Source of the DNA: Candidatus Woesearchaeota archaeon
GTDB taxonomy: Archaea; Nanobdellota; Nanobdellia; Pacearchaeales; GW2011-AR1
Reading direction: 5' to 3'
DNA: 33,895 nt
Assembly: GCA_964492145.1 (NCBI GenBank)
Contig: CAZBJC010000001.1
Location: 1-33,895 of the forward strand
The translations under genes were made by a program, and so were the position numbers. Below the pieces are notes generated by a model. That model searched no databases. It was not told the DNA's origin and was given only the letters and a program-made list of their open reading frames with translations. Position 1 is the stretch's first letter. Each line of letters starts with the position of its first letter. Of the stretch, positions 31,699 through 33,895 are shown in pieces.

Positions 31699-33870
31699 AT
31701 GGTGAATGTAAAAGATATTCTTAAAAAACATGCTGCAAGAATTGAAAATCAAATCAATACAACTAATATAAAAAAAATAAATTACAGCAAAGAATATATT
31801 AAATTCAAACAAGAGATGGCTCCGCAGCTTTCAAGATATGAAAGATGGTGCAAGAGTTTAGGAAGCATAATTAAATTAAAGATTTCAAAAAAAGATGAAG
31901 ATAGAGTAAAAAAGTATTTAGAAATTGCTCATTTAGATATTGAACCTTGGCAGGCTTTAACTTTAAGTGTTATGTCTTTTATTTTTGTTTTTTTCATTGG
32001 GCTTTTAGGTTCTGTTGCATATATGTTTTTAAAGACTACAGGTGAAGGAATTCTTTCAAATTTTCCTTTTTTGTTTTTCTTTTTAATGATTTTGCTTTCT
32101 TTATTTTTATTTAAATTCACCGGTGATTATCCAATGAGACTTGCAAATCAATGGAGGCTTAAAGCAAGCAGTCAAATGGTTCCTGCAATTCTTTATACAG
32201 TAGTTTATATGAGGCATACACCTAATTTAGAAAAAGCAATTGCATTTGCTTCTGAACATTTACAATATCCTTTGGCTTTGGATTTTAAGAAAGTTTTTTA
32301 TAATATTCAGATAGGAAAATTTTCCTCTATTAAAGAAAGTTTGGATAATTATTTAGAAACTTGGAGAGAGTATTCTCCTGAGTTTATTGAAAGTTTTCAT
32401 TTAATTGAAAGCAGTCTTTTTGAACCTGCTGAAGCAAGAAGAATTCAAATTTTAGAAAAAGCTTTGCAAGTTGTTCTTGACGGGGTTTATGATAAAATGC
32501 TGAGATTTACTCATGATGTCAGGACTCCTTTAACTAATATTTACATGCTTGGGGTTGTTCTTCCTACACTTGGATTGGCTTTGCTTCCTCTTGCTTCGAC
32601 TATGCTTAAAGGACTTTTAACATATACTCATGTTTTTGTTTTGTTTAATCTTTTAGTTCCATTTATTGTTTTTTATTTAACAGAAAAAGTAATGATTTTA
32701 AGACCTGGAGGTTATGGAGAAACTTCTTTATTAGAAAGAAACCCTCTTTATTATAAATATAAAAGTAAAAAGCCTTATATTAAGGCTTTTTTAATTGCAT
32801 TACCTTTTTTGATTTTAGGATTTCTTCCTTTGATTTTTCAGTATACTCCTCTTCCAGAATGGATAGGGCTTCAAAAGGATTATACTTTTGCTGAATTACA
32901 TTTAGGTTTTTTAGGAACAGGAAATGTTTTTGATTTTATAAAAACCGGTGCAGGAACTACAGGACCTTTTGGAATTGGGGCATTAATTTTGAGTATGTTT
33001 GTTCCTTTAGGAATTGCTTTATTTTTTTCAGTTGCTTATAAGGAAAAAACAAAAGAATTAATTATTGCAAGACAAAACACAAGAGATTTAGAAAAAGAAT
33101 TTAATACTTCTTTATTTCAAATGGGCAATAGATTAGGGAATGGGCTTCCTCCTGAATTGATTTTTGCAAAAGTTGCAGAGTCATCTAAGGGGCTAAAAAC
33201 AGAAGATTTTTTTAGAAGGGTGAATTACAATATCCAGCAAATGGGTATGGGGCTTGAGGATGCTATTTTTAATCCTCAAAGAGGAGCAATTAGTTATTAT
33301 CCTTCTGATTTAATTGCAACAAGCATGAGAATTCTTATTGAATCAGCTAAAAAAGGATTAAATGTTGCTGCAACAAGTTTAATGAGTATTTCTCAATATG
33401 TTAAAAATATCCAAAAGATTAATCAGAGATTAAAAGATTTGCTTGCAGAAATTATTTCAGATATGAAAAGCAATATGACTTTTCTTGCTCCTTTACTTTC
33501 AGGAGTTGTTGTTGGTTTGTCTGCTATGATTGCTTCAATATTAGGCAAACTTAATCTTGCTTCATTAACTGGAGAAGGAGCTGGGGCTTTTGCAGGATTT
33601 AATATTAGCACTCTTACAGAAATATTTCAGAGACAATTCATGATTCCTCCATATTTCTTGCAAATTGCAATTGGAATTTATATTATTGAGATAATTTTTA
33701 TTTTAACCAGCACTTTAATTACAATTAATTCTGGACAAGACAAACTTGAAAAAACTAATAAAATAGGTAAAAATCTCCTTAAAGGAATTTTGCTTTATTT
33801 TTTAACAGCTTTGTTTGCAACACTTGCTTTATTTATCTTAGCGTCTGTTGCTTTAAAGAGCATTATATAG
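31699..33870 (+). CDS. Polytopic membrane platform protein, FlaJ/PilC/TadC-like (two T2SSF-like cytoplasmic domains)
   Basis: 723 aa. Two helical soluble segments each precede a cluster of TM helices, which is the FlaJ/PilC layout. The segments are 'MVPAILYTVVYMRHTPNLEKAIAFASEHLQYPLALDFKKVFYNIQIGKF...' and 'FNTSLFQMGNRLGNGLPPELIFAKVAESSKGLKTEDFFRRVNYNIQQMGMGLEDAI...'. The gene is adjacent to the secretion ATPase. Confidence 0.65.
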   Translation: MVNVKDILKKHAARIENQINTTNIKKINYSKEYIKFKQEMAPQLSRYERWCKSLGSIIKLKISKKDEDRVKKYLEIAHLDIEPWQALTLSVMSFIFVFFIGLLGSVAYMFLKTTGEGILSNFPFLFFFLMILLSLFLFKFTGDYPMRLANQWRLKASSQMVPAILYTVVYMRHTPNLEKAIAFASEHLQYPLALDFKKVFYNIQIGKFSSIKESLDNYLETWREYSPEFIESFHLIESSLFEPAEARRIQILEKALQVVLDGVYDKMLRFTHDVRTPLTNIYMLGVVLPTLGLALLPLASTMLKGLLTYTHVFVLFNLLVPFIVFYLTEKVMILRPGGYGETSLLERNPLYYKYKSKKPYIKAFLIALPFLILGFLPLIFQYTPLPEWIGLQKDYTFAELHLGFLGTGNVFDFIKTGAGTTGPFGIGALILSMFVPLGIALFFSVAYKEKTKELIIARQNTRDLEKEFNTSLFQMGNRLGNGLPPELIFAKVAESSKGLKTEDFFRRVNYNIQQMGMGLEDAIFNPQRGAISYYPSDLIATSMRILIESAKKGLNVAATSLMSISQYVKNIQKINQRLKDLLAEIISDMKSNMTFLAPLLSGVVVGLSAMIASILGKLNLASLTGEGAGAFAGFNISTLTEIFQRQFMIPPYFLQIAIGIYIIEIIFILTSTLITINSGQDKLEKTNKIGKNLLKGILLYFLTALFATLALFILASVALKSII

Positions 33871-33895
33871 ATAAGTTTATTAATTATTTTTAATT

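Overview
This is a very AT-rich, tightly packed archaeal chromosomal segment. The gene set fits a small-genome DPANN-type archaeon, though that lineage call is inference: Orc1/Cdc6, PolD DP1 and DP2, archaeal-type TyrRS, Hef/XPF, a FlaI/FlaJ-like ATPase and platform, several reduced or degenerate enzymes, and large Cys-rich secreted proteins. No rRNA, tRNA, cas genes, transposase or integrase were recognised.

Layout:
(1) 1-3710 is an accessory-looking block. It holds a degenerate DEDD-exonuclease-like gene bracketed by ~55-nt direct repeats, an array of AAACAG(G)CTGTTT palindromes, two convergent paralogous coiled-coil + wHTH genes with QT-rich linkers (one carrying a (GTCT)9 tract and an ORB-like box inside the CDS), a small wHTH protein, a hypothetical protein and a PRC-barrel protein.
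(2) 3711-4313 is a predicted replication origin, with inverted ORB-like boxes around an almost pure A/T region. It sits directly upstream of an orc1/cdc6 - PolD small - PolD large operon (4314-10547).
(3) 10.6-26.5 kb is mostly housekeeping: TctA-like membrane protein, TyrRS, reduced DRG-like GTPase, MPG glycosylase coupled to an ArmA/Rmt-like methyltransferase, M16 peptidase, arginase-fold enzyme, LigT, a split Hef, and an M50-like protein without HExxH. Secreted Cys-rich surface proteins of up to about 990 aa are interspersed.
(4) 26.6-33.9 kb is a type IV filament/archaellum-like cluster: PRC barrel, two paralogous membrane proteins under identical promoter motifs, two coiled-coil proteins, an oversized GspE/FlaI-family ATPase and a two-domain FlaJ/PilC-like platform. 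An odd 240-nt spacer between ATPase and platform holds two identical hairpin repeats and a 55-nt duplicate of the ATPase gene's 3' end.

All family calls rest on motifs read by eye. No searches were run.
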